From positions 1 to 64,000 of the IMG/VR virus record IMGVR_UViG_3300010885_049703: a stretch of DNA of 64,000 nucleotides; one strand, written 5' to 3'. This document shows positions 8,699 through 20,100 of this stretch, in pieces. Within the stretch, counting starts at the first letter, position 1. Each line of letters starts with the position of its first letter. The DNA comes from a virus. Both the position numbers and the translations under genes were made by a program. Below the pieces are notes generated by a model. It searched no databases, was not told the DNA's origin, and saw nothing but the letters and a program-made list of their open reading frames with translations.

Positions 8699-10333
8699 AT
8701 GGCAGACACAGCTGATAACAAATTAGTTTACACCGGACAAGACCCTATAGTCTGGAATCGGGTCAATAAGCTACGTCTAGAACAAGGATTACCTGGTCTG
8801 ACTGATATAGGTCTCCCAAGGCCCGTGGATGATGGTAAATCTTTTAACAGCCCTTATTCGCAGTATACTCCTGCAACCGGCGCAGCCACAGGATCAGGAT
8901 CTAAGTTTACTTTTAATTTTGGCGGAGAAAATTTTACAGTTAATGCACCCGCTGGTACCACCGAAGAACAGGCACGAGCAATTTTTGATCAGCAGGCCAG
9001 CACCGGAAGCCTTACCGGGCTAAAACCAGGACAAACGTTGGATGCTGCCAAACAATTTGCCGGGGGGTTGCTCACAGCAGCCAGCCAGCTCAATGTTTCA
9101 CAATTGGCCAGTGGCCTAAGTGGATTAACCAGTGGGATAGGCGGTGGCATAACCAGTGCATTAGGGGCTGTGACACGATTCACCGGAGGTACAACTGGAG
9201 GAATAACCAGTGCTCTAGGAGCTGCGTCAAGGCTCACTGGTGTACCCATCAAGAATCCCATGAATGTTGCTGACTTTGTCAAAGTTGGGGTTGGGGCTAC
9301 CAAAGAAATAGGAGCACTGAGCAGCACACAGGTGCAAGGCCTATTAGGGCAAGCCGCAGCCAGTACCGGGCAATCAGTCAATGCTTACAGCCTAGACAAA
9401 GGCATAGGGCAGTTTGGCATCAACCCAGCACAGTTAGAACAAACAGGATATTTGAAACCAGGAACCTTGGCACAGTACACCAAGAATGCTCAAGTCACAC
9501 AGGCCGACATTGACGAAGCTCAAAGAGTCAATGCATCAGGTGGCAGCACTACACCGGAAATCATAGCTTCAAATCGCAAAATCAAAGATGTATTAAATGT
9601 CAGCGGTGTTTGGACTGGCAAAGGAGGTGTTAGTAATTTGACTTCTCTAGTGGGCGATTCAACCAAACAACTGTCAGTGCAGTCCAACATAATGGAAACC
9701 GGATACAAATCGTTAGAGAAAGCCGGCGTCATCACTGCTGGCACTGCCAAAGATGCCATAGGTGGCTTGGTACAATCAGCTGGAAAGGTTGGAGCTGCAT
9801 TGACTGCTGCCTGGAGCAAAGGCACAGCACCAGCTGGCGCAGTTGATGCAATCAACAATTTGGCCAAGCAAGGGCTTACTGCAGTGAATTTTACAGATTT
9901 TAAATTGCCCGCTGGCGCATCAGGTGAACAAATAGCCACTGGTGTAACAAACACTGTGAATCGCAAAGTGTTGAATCAATCAGTGACGGCATTTATTGGT
10001 GATGCCAAGGTACCCTCAATAGATTACGGACAACCAGTCGCTGCAGCGGCGCCAACAGCAACTCCGTCTGTGGTCAGCACCGGAGCCCTTGATGAACCGT
10101 CGGCATCGGATCGAGCTGAATTTAAACGACTCACAGAAGAAAAAGCAACATTGGGCAGACAGGTTGACTTTGACGATCAAGAGTACAATCGCCTACGAAG
10201 CATATATGGGCGCGATGATCTACAGGTCATTGCTGCTAGAGACAAGTGGGAAGCAGATTTAAATAAGTATAGAGCAGTGATTAAAACGTTGAACGCATTG
10301 GTGGATAAGTATCCTGCTTTACTCTATTACTAA
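8699..10333 (+). CDS. tail/baseplate-associated protein, G/A/T-rich, possible lysozyme-like domain
   Basis: Lies between spike and gp25. GIGQFGI..QLE..GYLKPG segment and duplicated GGITSALGA. Enzymatic role not established. Confidence 0.35.
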   Translation: MADTADNKLVYTGQDPIVWNRVNKLRLEQGLPGLTDIGLPRPVDDGKSFNSPYSQYTPATGAATGSGSKFTFNFGGENFTVNAPAGTTEEQARAIFDQQASTGSLTGLKPGQTLDAAKQFAGGLLTAASQLNVSQLASGLSGLTSGIGGGITSALGAVTRFTGGTTGGITSALGAASRLTGVPIKNPMNVADFVKVGVGATKEIGALSSTQVQGLLGQAAASTGQSVNAYSLDKGIGQFGINPAQLEQTGYLKPGTLAQYTKNAQVTQADIDEAQRVNASGGSTTPEIIASNRKIKDVLNVSGVWTGKGGVSNLTSLVGDSTKQLSVQSNIMETGYKSLEKAGVITAGTAKDAIGGLVQSAGKVGAALTAAWSKGTAPAGAVDAINNLAKQGLTAVNFTDFKLPAGASGEQIATGVTNTVNRKVLNQSVTAFIGDAKVPSIDYGQPVAAAAPTATPSVVSTGALDEPSASDRAEFKRLTEEKATLGRQVDFDDQEYNRLRSIYGRDDLQVIAARDKWEADLNKYRAVIKTLNALVDKYPALLYY

Positions 10334-10337
10334 AAAT

Positions 10338-10712
10338 ATGACAACATTTATTGGCTACAACACCATCAATCAATACAAGAAGTTTACACTGGTAGATCAG
10401 GATCTCATCAAGCGCGATCTTCTCAATGCCTTTAACATACGCCAGGGTGAGCTGGTGGGCAGGCCTGCATATGGTAGTGCAATCTGGGATTTCTTATTTG
10501 AGCCACAGACACTTGAAACTGAAATCGCCATGAAAAGTGAAATACAACGTGTGGCTGGCGGCGATCCCAGACTCACAATAGCCAACATCTACACCTATCC
10601 GCAAGAAAATGGTATCTTAATTGAACTGCAAATACAAATAGTGTCCAGCTCCAACGCTGAAATACTCTCTATATTCTTTGATCAAGAAACCCGTAGAGCC
10701 AGTTACATATAA
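10338..10712 (+). CDS. baseplate wedge subunit gp25-like
   Basis: 124 aa with LIKRDLLN.F..RQGE..G.P.YGS.IWD.LFEP and DPRL motifs. Confidence 0.85.
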   Translation: MTTFIGYNTINQYKKFTLVDQDLIKRDLLNAFNIRQGELVGRPAYGSAIWDFLFEPQTLETEIAMKSEIQRVAGGDPRLTIANIYTYPQENGILIELQIQIVSSSNAEILSIFFDQETRRASYI

Positions 10713-10732
10713 CTGCGCGGTTTTCAGGGCCA

Positions 10733-10738
10733 TAAATA
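10733..10738 (+). promoter_or_regulatory. putative late promoter (cATAAATA)
   Basis: Intergenic TAAATA 17 nt upstream of the gp6-like gene. Confidence 0.55.
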
Positions 10739-10755
10739 CAAAATAATATATTACT

Positions 10756-13700
10756 ATGGCTAAAACTACCAGACAAACAGTTATTTTTGGGGTCGAAGAC
10801 TGGAAACAGATCTATCAGACCTATCGCGAAGCTGACTTTCAAAGCTACGATTTTGAGACTCTACGCAAGAGTTTTGTAGACTACTTGCGTTTATACTATC
10901 CTGAAACTTTTAATGATTACATTGAAAGTTCAGAGTTCATTGCACTGCTAGATGTCATTGCTTTCATGGGACAATCGTTGGCTTTTAGAGCTGACTTAAA
11001 TGCCCGTGAAAACTACATGGACACAGCCGAGCGGCGTGATTCTGTCAATCGACTAGCCAGTTTGGTCAGCTACACTGCCAAACGTAATGCTGCAGCTCAA
11101 GGCTTGGTCAAAGTCACTGCAGTGTCTACCACAGAAAACATCACAGATTACAACGGTGTAGACCTAGCCAATATCACTGTGAACTGGAATGATCCCACGA
11201 ACACAGACTGGTTTGAACAGTTTACTTCTATCATCAATGCAGCGTTGATCAACAGTCAACGCTACGGTAATCCCGGAAACAAACAAACAATTATTGATGT
11301 TAGAACAGAAGAATACACCTTGAATTTAGTGCAAGGATACTTGCCAGTGATTCCTTACACTGCCACAGTGGACGGGGTCAACATGCCGTTTGAAGCAGTC
11401 AATGCCACATCTTCAGGCCGCACATATTTGTATGAACCTGCCCCGTTGCCCAATGGTGCGTTTAATATTTTATATCGCAATGATCAGTTGGGATTTGGAT
11501 CAAACAACACTGGATTTTTCTTTTTGTTCAAACAAGGATCGTTGCAGTCTGCAGATTTTAACTTGGCAGAAAAAGTCAGTAATCGTGTGGTTGCCATCAA
11601 CATTGATGGTATCAACAATGAAGACCGTTGGTTATTCCAACTTGATGATGTTGGAACAGTTCAGTCTGAATGGCTATACACTGAATCAGTGTACACGGCT
11701 GCTGCTGAACAAAGCACCACCGGCTTGCGTAAAATTTATTCAACACAAAGTCGCAGCAATGATCAAATTTCTTTGACTTTTGGCGATGGAGTATTCTCTG
11801 CTATTCCAGTGGGACTATTTCGCGCCTATGTTAGATCATCAAACGGTCTTGAATACATCATCAATCCTGAAGAAATGCAGAGCATTGTTCTACCAATCAG
11901 CTATGTGAGTCGCACTGGTAGAATTGAAACACTGACATTTACTGTAAATCTACAAACGCCAGTGAGCAATGCACAGTCGCGAGAATCCATTGATGAGATC
12001 AAGCAACGTGCTCCTGCTCGCTATTACACACAGAATCGTATGGTCAACGGTGAAGATTACAATCTGTTTCCGTTTACCCTGTACAACTCAATTATCAAAT
12101 CCAAGGCATTGGCTCGTAGCGCGATCGGAACATCGCGGTATCTTGAACTAGTTGACACCACTAACAAGTATGCCAGTACCAATGTGTTTGGCAGTGATGG
12201 CGGCCTCTACAAAGATAATACACTGCCTACATTCCAGTTTTCATGGTTTACCACCAACGATATATCTGACGCAGTCACAAATAAAGTTCAGCCAATTCTG
12301 CTAGAACCTGGTATGCTACAATTTTACTATGCTAATTTCATAAGGCCAAATCTTGCCACGTTGAATATTTCATGGAATCAAAGTACATCACTGACAAATT
12401 TATGCACTGGATATTTTAAAAATATTGCATCTCCGTTTGCCCCTTATCCAGTGGGCTCGTTTTCCAGCAGCAATACAAAGTACGTTGTGCCCAATGCTCT
12501 AGTAAAATTCATCCCACCAGACGGATATTATTTTGATCAATTCAATCATTTAGTTGCAGGTATACCCACCGCAGACACTGACAAACTTTTTATCTGGGCC
12601 ACAGTAACCGGTGTTATATTAGATGGCACTAATCAAGGCAAAGGAAATCTCACAGATGGGTCTGGCCCAATCGCTCTCAACAATTTTGTGCCAACTGGGG
12701 CTATTGCCACACAAGTTATACCATTGTTTTTGACGGATTTGCCTTCAACTATAGTTCAAACTATGATTGAATCAATTCGGTTGTATCGTAATTTTGGTCT
12801 TGGTTATAACAATCTGACTTCAACCTGGTATATAATCACTCAAACAAACCTCAATGCTGATGGAGCATTTAGTTTAGTCAATCAACAGAGCACTGCTGGT
12901 GTTTACGGTGACGCAAGCTGGCTAATCAAATTCATAACTGATGGCACACAATATTCTGTTACAGCACGTGAGTTGACATATTATTTTGCGTCAGTGCTGC
13001 AGACCCGATTCTTTTTTGAATCAGGTGCCAGCATTTATGATTCTCGCACAGGCACTGTAATCAAAGACTTTATTCGTGTATTAAAAACCAACAGTCAGCC
13101 TGCCAGCAATTCGCCCTTGTCCGGTGACACCACTATGCAAATTATTGGTCAGCCTGAACAGAGCGATGGGTATGTTGACGATTTCCAGGTCATTGTGAGC
13201 TTTCAGGACTCAGACGCTGATGGTGCAGCTGATAATCCAGATTTCTTTGAAGAAATAGTGGGACCAAATCCCACAGTGGGTCAAAGTGGATCATTGGTAT
13301 TCTTAGAAGCCACAGTGGACTTTGATAATTTACAGCGATACCTGTTGACTGAAAAAGGATATGTGAATTACCAATACGGAACTCTGTCAGAAATTACAGC
13401 AAATTCTGATCAATATCTTGATGGCCAAGTGTTTTACGCCTATAATGATCTGGCATTTTATGTATTGACTATTGCATTTGACGGAACTCGTTCGCTCACA
13501 CAATCTACTGAATTTCTAGCAAGAACGGGCCGACAGGATTTGTACTATCAGTATCGTCACAACAGTTTGTTGACTAATAGAATTGATCCTTCAATTACAA
13601 ATATTATTGATGTGTATGTCGTCACACAGAGTTACTACACTGCCTATCAAAACTGGATCAAAGATTCAACTGGCACTGTGGTTAAACCCGTGGTGCCCAC

Positions 13701-14172
13701 AATTGACGAACTCACTACAGAATTTCAAAAGTTACAAGATTACAAAATGATTTCAGATAATTTGATTTTAAACTCTGTGGTGTTTAAACCTTTGTTTGGA
13801 GCCAAAGCTTCAACTGAACTTCGTGCCACTATCAAAGTAATTAGAGCATCCAACAGCACTGCCAGTGTCAGTGAAATCAAGAATCTTGTTGTGGCCAGTC
13901 TCAACACGTATTTTACCATCGACAAGTGGGACTTTGGTGATACATTCTACTTCTCTGAGCTTGCAGCATATATCCATTCGCAGATCGGAACTATTGTAAG
14001 TTCTGTGGTATTGGTCCCAGTAAACCCACAAAAGAGTTTTGGTGATTTGTATGAAATTAGATCAGCACCAAATGAAATTTTTGTCAATGCCGCCACAGTG
14101 GCAAACATCGAAGTTATTGATGCATTGACAAGTACCAATATTAGAACAGCACCTGGCAGCGGAGTGATTTAA
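10756..14172 (+). CDS. baseplate wedge protein gp6-like
   Basis: DFQSYDFETLR, LLDVIAF, ENYMDTAERRDSV..LA..VSY, FGDGVF and ESIDEIKQRAP..YYTQNRMV..EDY motifs. Confidence 0.85.
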   Translation: MAKTTRQTVIFGVEDWKQIYQTYREADFQSYDFETLRKSFVDYLRLYYPETFNDYIESSEFIALLDVIAFMGQSLAFRADLNARENYMDTAERRDSVNRLASLVSYTAKRNAAAQGLVKVTAVSTTENITDYNGVDLANITVNWNDPTNTDWFEQFTSIINAALINSQRYGNPGNKQTIIDVRTEEYTLNLVQGYLPVIPYTATVDGVNMPFEAVNATSSGRTYLYEPAPLPNGAFNILYRNDQLGFGSNNTGFFFLFKQGSLQSADFNLAEKVSNRVVAINIDGINNEDRWLFQLDDVGTVQSEWLYTESVYTAAAEQSTTGLRKIYSTQSRSNDQISLTFGDGVFSAIPVGLFRAYVRSSNGLEYIINPEEMQSIVLPISYVSRTGRIETLTFTVNLQTPVSNAQSRESIDEIKQRAPARYYTQNRMVNGEDYNLFPFTLYNSIIKSKALARSAIGTSRYLELVDTTNKYASTNVFGSDGGLYKDNTLPTFQFSWFTTNDISDAVTNKVQPILLEPGMLQFYYANFIRPNLATLNISWNQSTSLTNLCTGYFKNIASPFAPYPVGSFSSSNTKYVVPNALVKFIPPDGYYFDQFNHLVAGIPTADTDKLFIWATVTGVILDGTNQGKGNLTDGSGPIALNNFVPTGAIATQVIPLFLTDLPSTIVQTMIESIRLYRNFGLGYNNLTSTWYIITQTNLNADGAFSLVNQQSTAGVYGDASWLIKFITDGTQYSVTARELTYYFASVLQTRFFFESGASIYDSRTGTVIKDFIRVLKTNSQPASNSPLSGDTTMQIIGQPEQSDGYVDDFQVIVSFQDSDADGAADNPDFFEEIVGPNPTVGQSGSLVFLEATVDFDNLQRYLLTEKGYVNYQYGTLSEITANSDQYLDGQVFYAYNDLAFYVLTIAFDGTRSLTQSTEFLARTGRQDLYYQYRHNSLLTNRIDPSITNIIDVYVVTQSYYTAYQNWIKDSTGTVVKPVVPTIDELTTEFQKLQDYKMISDNLILNSVVFKPLFGAKASTELRATIKVIRASNSTASVSEIKNLVVASLNTYFTIDKWDFGDTFYFSELAAYIHSQIGTIVSSVVLVPVNPQKSFGDLYEIRSAPNEIFVNAATVANIEVIDALTSTNIRTAPGSGVI

Positions 14173-17100
14173 TGGCACGAGTACGCACAGTAGAGTTTTT
14201 ACCTGAGATTTTTCAAACCTCAACTAACAGACAGTTTTTGGCCAGTACTCTTGACCAACTGGTACAAGAACCTTCATTTAAAAAAACCCAGGGATATATT
14301 GGTCGCAAGATTGGCCCGGGAATAAACCCCACTGATGCTGACTATGTGGTTGAACCCACAGCCGAGCGTGCCAACTATCAATTAGAGCCATCGGTTGTTT
14401 TCAAGTTACCTGACACAGACACTGTGTACGATACCATCACTTATCCGGGTATTACAGATGCATTGAAATTACAAGGCGCTGATGTTACACGCAGTGATCG
14501 ATTGTATGGCAGCCAATATTATGCATGGGATCCTTTTGTTGCCTATGACAAGTTGGTTAACTTTTCTGAATACTACTGGTTACCGTCGGGTCCACTGAGC
14601 GTTGCTGTCACCGGTGGCGTTATTCCCATAAGAAACACAATTGAAGTAACTCGTAATCCAGGATTTTATAGTTTCAGTGACGCTCAAGGGCAGAATCCTG
14701 TTATCACGTTGGTTCGTGGTGGCTCATACCAATTCAGTATTGCACAAAACAAAAAGAACACAGTCAATTATCGTGTAACGAATCAAGGCAACAAAGCCTA
14801 CATTATTGACTACCAGGCCAATCCGGCTATTACACTGGTACGTGGCAACACCTACATCTTTACATTAAGTATTGATGGCAATTACCCATTCTGGATTAAA
14901 ACAATTGCCAGTACCGGAGTAGTTAATGTTTACAGCACCGGAGTAACCAATAACGGTGCTTTTGATGGCACAGTTACTTTTACAGTGCCACAAAATGCAC
15001 CCAACACTCTGTACTATAGCAGTCAAACCAGCAGTCAGATGCAGGGTGTATTCAATATCATCAGCGGAGAGCCAGGCACTGGTCCAGGATTTTATATACA
15101 GGCGCAGCCCGGGGTCGATGGCAGTATGCCCACTACTCCAAATATTTCCAGCAGAGATGTGTTGGGAGTTGTCAACAACGGTGAAGATCTTGGTACAGTA
15201 ACATTTAATGTTCCATCAAAAACTGCACAGAACTTTTATTATAATTTAACGTCAATTGATTCTGTTGACTTGTTGAGTCAAATTAAATTCAATGAAATCA
15301 ACAATATCTATGTTGATGATTTTCTTGCTGCGTATCCCGCAGGTATTGATGGAGTAACTGATCTTGAAAATCGTACATTGGTGTTTGATATTCCTTCGTT
15401 GGAAGGCACAGGAATAGATGTTGATACCGCAATTGCCGGCGGATGGTTGCGTACTACTTTTTACAGTCCAGACTATGCGGCCGACCCTACCCCAGGGTAC
15501 AACGAAGAACCCTATGATTTAACCACAAGTATTGTTAGCCTAAACGAACGTTACAGCGTCTGGCAAATACAGTTTAATACCGACGACGACGGTGGGCAGT
15601 ACATGACATTGGCAGTCAAACAAGAAGTCAATGAGTTTGAAAAATTTAGAATCGTATTTGGTGTCCAATGGTCAAGTACTCAATGGTATCGCAGCGACAA
15701 CAGTTATTTTGAAAAAATACCACTGTTGACCGCAGTGCTAGATACCGTGTTCTATCAAGACAGTCTTGATCCAACATTAGTAGGTGAAATTAGATTAATT
15801 GATCCAACTGTAGAAACAACGCTTGACCTTGACACTATTATTGGTAAAAAACAATACACCAGTCCCAACGGAGTAAAATTTACCAATGGATTAATAGTAC
15901 AATTCCGCGGCAATGTAACGCCAGAATCCTATGCCAACAATGAATATTTTGTTGAAGGGGTCGGCGAAGCCATTGTGTTGGTACCAGTTACAGAGCTGGT
16001 TACTCCGGAAACTTATACTCAAAGTTTGTCGGTGAGTTTTGATGTTGTGCCATATGACATTGGCAACTACGATGTCAGTAATAATCAACCAATTGAACAA
16101 GACTACATCACAATTAATCGAGCCAGTACTGATAGAAATGCCTGGTCACGCAGCAACCGGTGGTTCCATAGGCAAGTGCTTGAAGAATCAGCCTCGTACA
16201 ATAATACCACACCACTATTGGATCTTGCTGCAAGAGCTCGCAGACCTATTCTTGAATTTCAAGCCGGAACAAAACTCTTTAATTCTGGAACAGCCGGTAA
16301 AAATCCAGTCAACATCATTGACTTTACGACATTAGACGCATTCAGCGATATCAATGGAGTCCTTAACACTTACATTATCAATGGGTATACATTGGTCAAC
16401 GGGTCACGGGTTATTTTTGCAGCTGATACTGATCCCAATGTTCGAAATAAAATCTACACAGTTGAGTTAATATCACCTGACACTGTTCTTCCTCTAATCG
16501 CCGAGCCCATCATTAATCTCACTGTGGCTGATGATGGCGATGTCAGTTATAACAATCAGACCGTATGCTTAAATGGATCCACACTGCAAGGTAAAAGTTT
16601 TTGGTTTGATGGTGTGACTTGGCAAGAAGCCCAGGAAAAAACCAGCACCAACCAATCTCCGTTATTTGATGTGCTGGTCAACGGACATAGTCTATCCGAC
16701 ACTGTGTATTTTGGTAGCAGCACATTTCGCGGTAGTAAACTATTTTCTTATGCTGTTGATTCAGCCAGTGTAGCGGATCCAATTTTAGGATTCCCACTAA
16801 AGTATCTAACAATTAACAATGTTGGAGATATTGTTTTTGACAATAATTTTTACACTGATACTTTTGTTTACGTAGAAAATCGAATAAGTTTAACTGAGCC
16901 AATTAGCCAAGGTTTTGTTTACCGTTACCTTGACCAAGTGGCTTATACTAGAAAAATTGGGTGGGCTACTGCACCATATCAAAATGCAACCTACCAACAA
17001 TTTCAATTTACCTACACTGGTCAACCACTGTTGTTGGATGTTCGGGTTCGTGATCAAATAATTGATCCCTATGTTCCTCAAACTTATCCAGTAATAAAAT

Positions 17101-20100
17101 TATATGCAGGGTCTAAGTTTCGAGACCCCGGCACCTACACTTACACACAAACCGAATTTACTACAATAATCAACGTTGATTCAACTATAGCACCAGGTGA
17201 AACTATTATTGTGTTGGCACTCAGTGATCAAGTTAGTTCTGTGGCATTTTATCAAGTGCCATCAAATCTTGAAAACAATGCGTTGAATCAAAATCCAAAC
17301 ACAGTGACCTTGGGCACTGTGCGCACTCACTATCAGACCATCTGTGAAAATTTAATTACTATTCAAGGCACTATCAACGGGTCAAACAACAGCAGAGACC
17401 TTGGATATATTGCGCCATATGGGTTAAACATTCTGCAACAAAGTTCTCCCTTGACATTGGCCGGATATTTTTTACGTGATCAAAATTATGAATTGTTCAC
17501 GGCATTGGATTTCAACACCAGAGAGTATACCAAATACAAAACTCAGCTGTTGGATCTTGTTGCTGCTAGAGATTGGGGATCACAGACTTCTGCACAAATC
17601 TTAACCAATGCAGTGGCTATATTAACTGCTGGGCGCACAGAATCAAGTCCATTCTATTGGTCAGATATGTTGCCAGCCCGTACAGTATATGCATCAACAA
17701 CATATACTCATACGCCTATCAGCACCAATTCTTTCAACACTTCAAGAGTGTATGATTTTAATTCAAGTAACTATTATGCAGTATTGGTGTATGTCAATGG
17801 TCGGTTACTGACTTTAAATTTTGAATACACTGTTGCTGTAGATGCACCTATAATTATAATCACCGCACCGTTGGAAGTTGGTGATGTGATTATTATTCAG
17901 GAATTTGATACTACTGTGGGCAATTATGTGCCCAATACGCCCACTAAGATGGGTTTATATCCTGCGTTTCGTCCACAGATTTATTTAGATACTACTTACG
18001 TTACTCCCACCACAGTGATTCAAGGGCACGATGGTAGTATAACTGTGGCATTTGATGACATTCGTGATGAAATTTTATTGGATTTTGAAACACGAATCTA
18101 CAATAATTTAAAAATTCACAGTGTTCTCCCTATCAGTGCAACTGAAATCATTCCTGGACAATTCCGTGTCACTGAATATAGTCAGAGTGAAGTCACTGAT
18201 ATTCTCAGTGCTGATTTCTTGACCTGGGTAGGATCCAACAAGTTAGATTACTCGGCACAACAGTACATTGCAACCAATCCTTGGACTTACAACTACAGTC
18301 AGAGTTCAAACAAATTAACTGGCGCACCTTTGTTAGGAGGCTGGAGAGGTATTTACGAATATTTCTACGATACAGATCGTCCCAATGAAGCACCGTGGGA
18401 AATGTTGGGATTTACCGAACAACCCATTTGGTGGGAAGATCGATATGGCGTAGCACCCTACACTTCAGGTAACTTGGTGTTGTGGGATGATTTGAGCCTA
18501 GGGCGTGTGGCTGATCCAGCCGGCGCATATATCTTGCCTCAATATGTTCGCCCAGGACTGACACAGGTATTACCAGTAGACGGTGAAGGTGCATTGATAC
18601 CTCCGCTGGAAAGCGTAGTTGGATTGTACTCTCGTACAACATTTCAGCGCAGTTGGAAAATTGGCGATGATGGTCCGGTTGAAAATGCCTGGAGAACCAG
18701 TTCAAGCTATCCATTTGCAATCATGCGATTGTTTGCGTTGACCAAGCCTGCTAAATTCTTTTCATTGTTGGTTGATCGTGATCTGTACAAATACGACACC
18801 GCATTCAATCAATATCTCTATAATGGCCGCTACCGAGTTGATGCCAACGCCATTGAGTTATACGGCAATGGTGTCAGCAAAGCCAGTTATATAAACTGGA
18901 TTGTTGACTACAACACCTATCTAGGAAATACTTCCACAACTGCAGTACTCAAACAAAATCTCAAAGGACTAGGGGTACAGTTGGCATATCGCATGGCTTC
19001 TTTCTCAGACAAACTATACATCAAAGTCTATACTGAAAAGCCCAGCCCCAACAGTTTAAACACCAGTTTGTTGCTGCCTGATGACAGCTATGATTTGTTC
19101 TTGTACAAAAATCAACCATCAGATGACATTGTCTATAGTTCAATAATTGTTCAACGTGTGCCCGATGGCTACAATGTATTTGGCTACGGCATATTACATC
19201 CGTACTTTGAAATTTTAATCAGCAAACCAACTGGGCCACGAGTTACAATTTCTGCCGGTAATACCACAGCCACAGTGCCGGTGACCTACAGCAATGATAT
19301 TGTACAAGTACCTTACGGGTATGTATTCACCAATGAAACTGCAGTATGTGATTTTATTCTCAGCTACGGTGCATTGATGTCAGCACGTGGTATGATTTTT
19401 GATGATGTAGAAAATGGACTAACTCTAAACTGGGCTCAGATGGCCCAAGAATTTTTGTACTGGAGTAATCAAGGATGGGGGCCAGGTAGTATCATAAATC
19501 TCAATCCCACTGCACAAACGCTGATGGTCACACGACCTGGCCTTATTGTTGATAGTATTGTGGAGCGTGGTGTACAGACTGTTCTTCAGGATCAAAATCG
19601 TCAACGGTTGGCGGTGCGTGATCTGGTAGTTGATCGGTACGATAATACTTTCAAGGTGACCAGCCAAACCGAACAGACTATCAATTATATTGATCTCAAA
19701 TTTACTGCCTACGAACACATTGTTGTTCTTAAAAATGTCAGTGTGTTTGGGGACTTGATTTACGATCCGGTCACTGCTGCTCGTCAGGGACGATTGCTGT
19801 TGGTAGCGGCCACAACCACTGACTGGAACGGGCAGCTTGATGCACAAGGGTTCATTCTCAATCAGAACAATATCAAGGAATGGCTGCCAGATGTCAAGTA
19901 TACCAAAGGCCAAATTGTTACTTTTAAAAACAATTACTACAGCGCAGCAACTATTGTAGAACCAAAAAATGAATTTGATTTCAATGATTGGTTAATCAGC
20001 GATTATACCAAGATTCAGAAAGGGTTACTGCCCAACTTAGCCAACAAAGCCAATCAAATCCAGCAAAGTTATAACACCATCAGTGCTAATCTTGAAAGAG

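Noticed and set aside
772-14172. Bacterial contractile injection system (T6SS/eCIS) interpretation of the baseplate genes
   Set aside because: The gp55-like sigma factor, TAAATA motifs, thyX, fibre genes and dense phage-style gene overlaps indicate a large phage.
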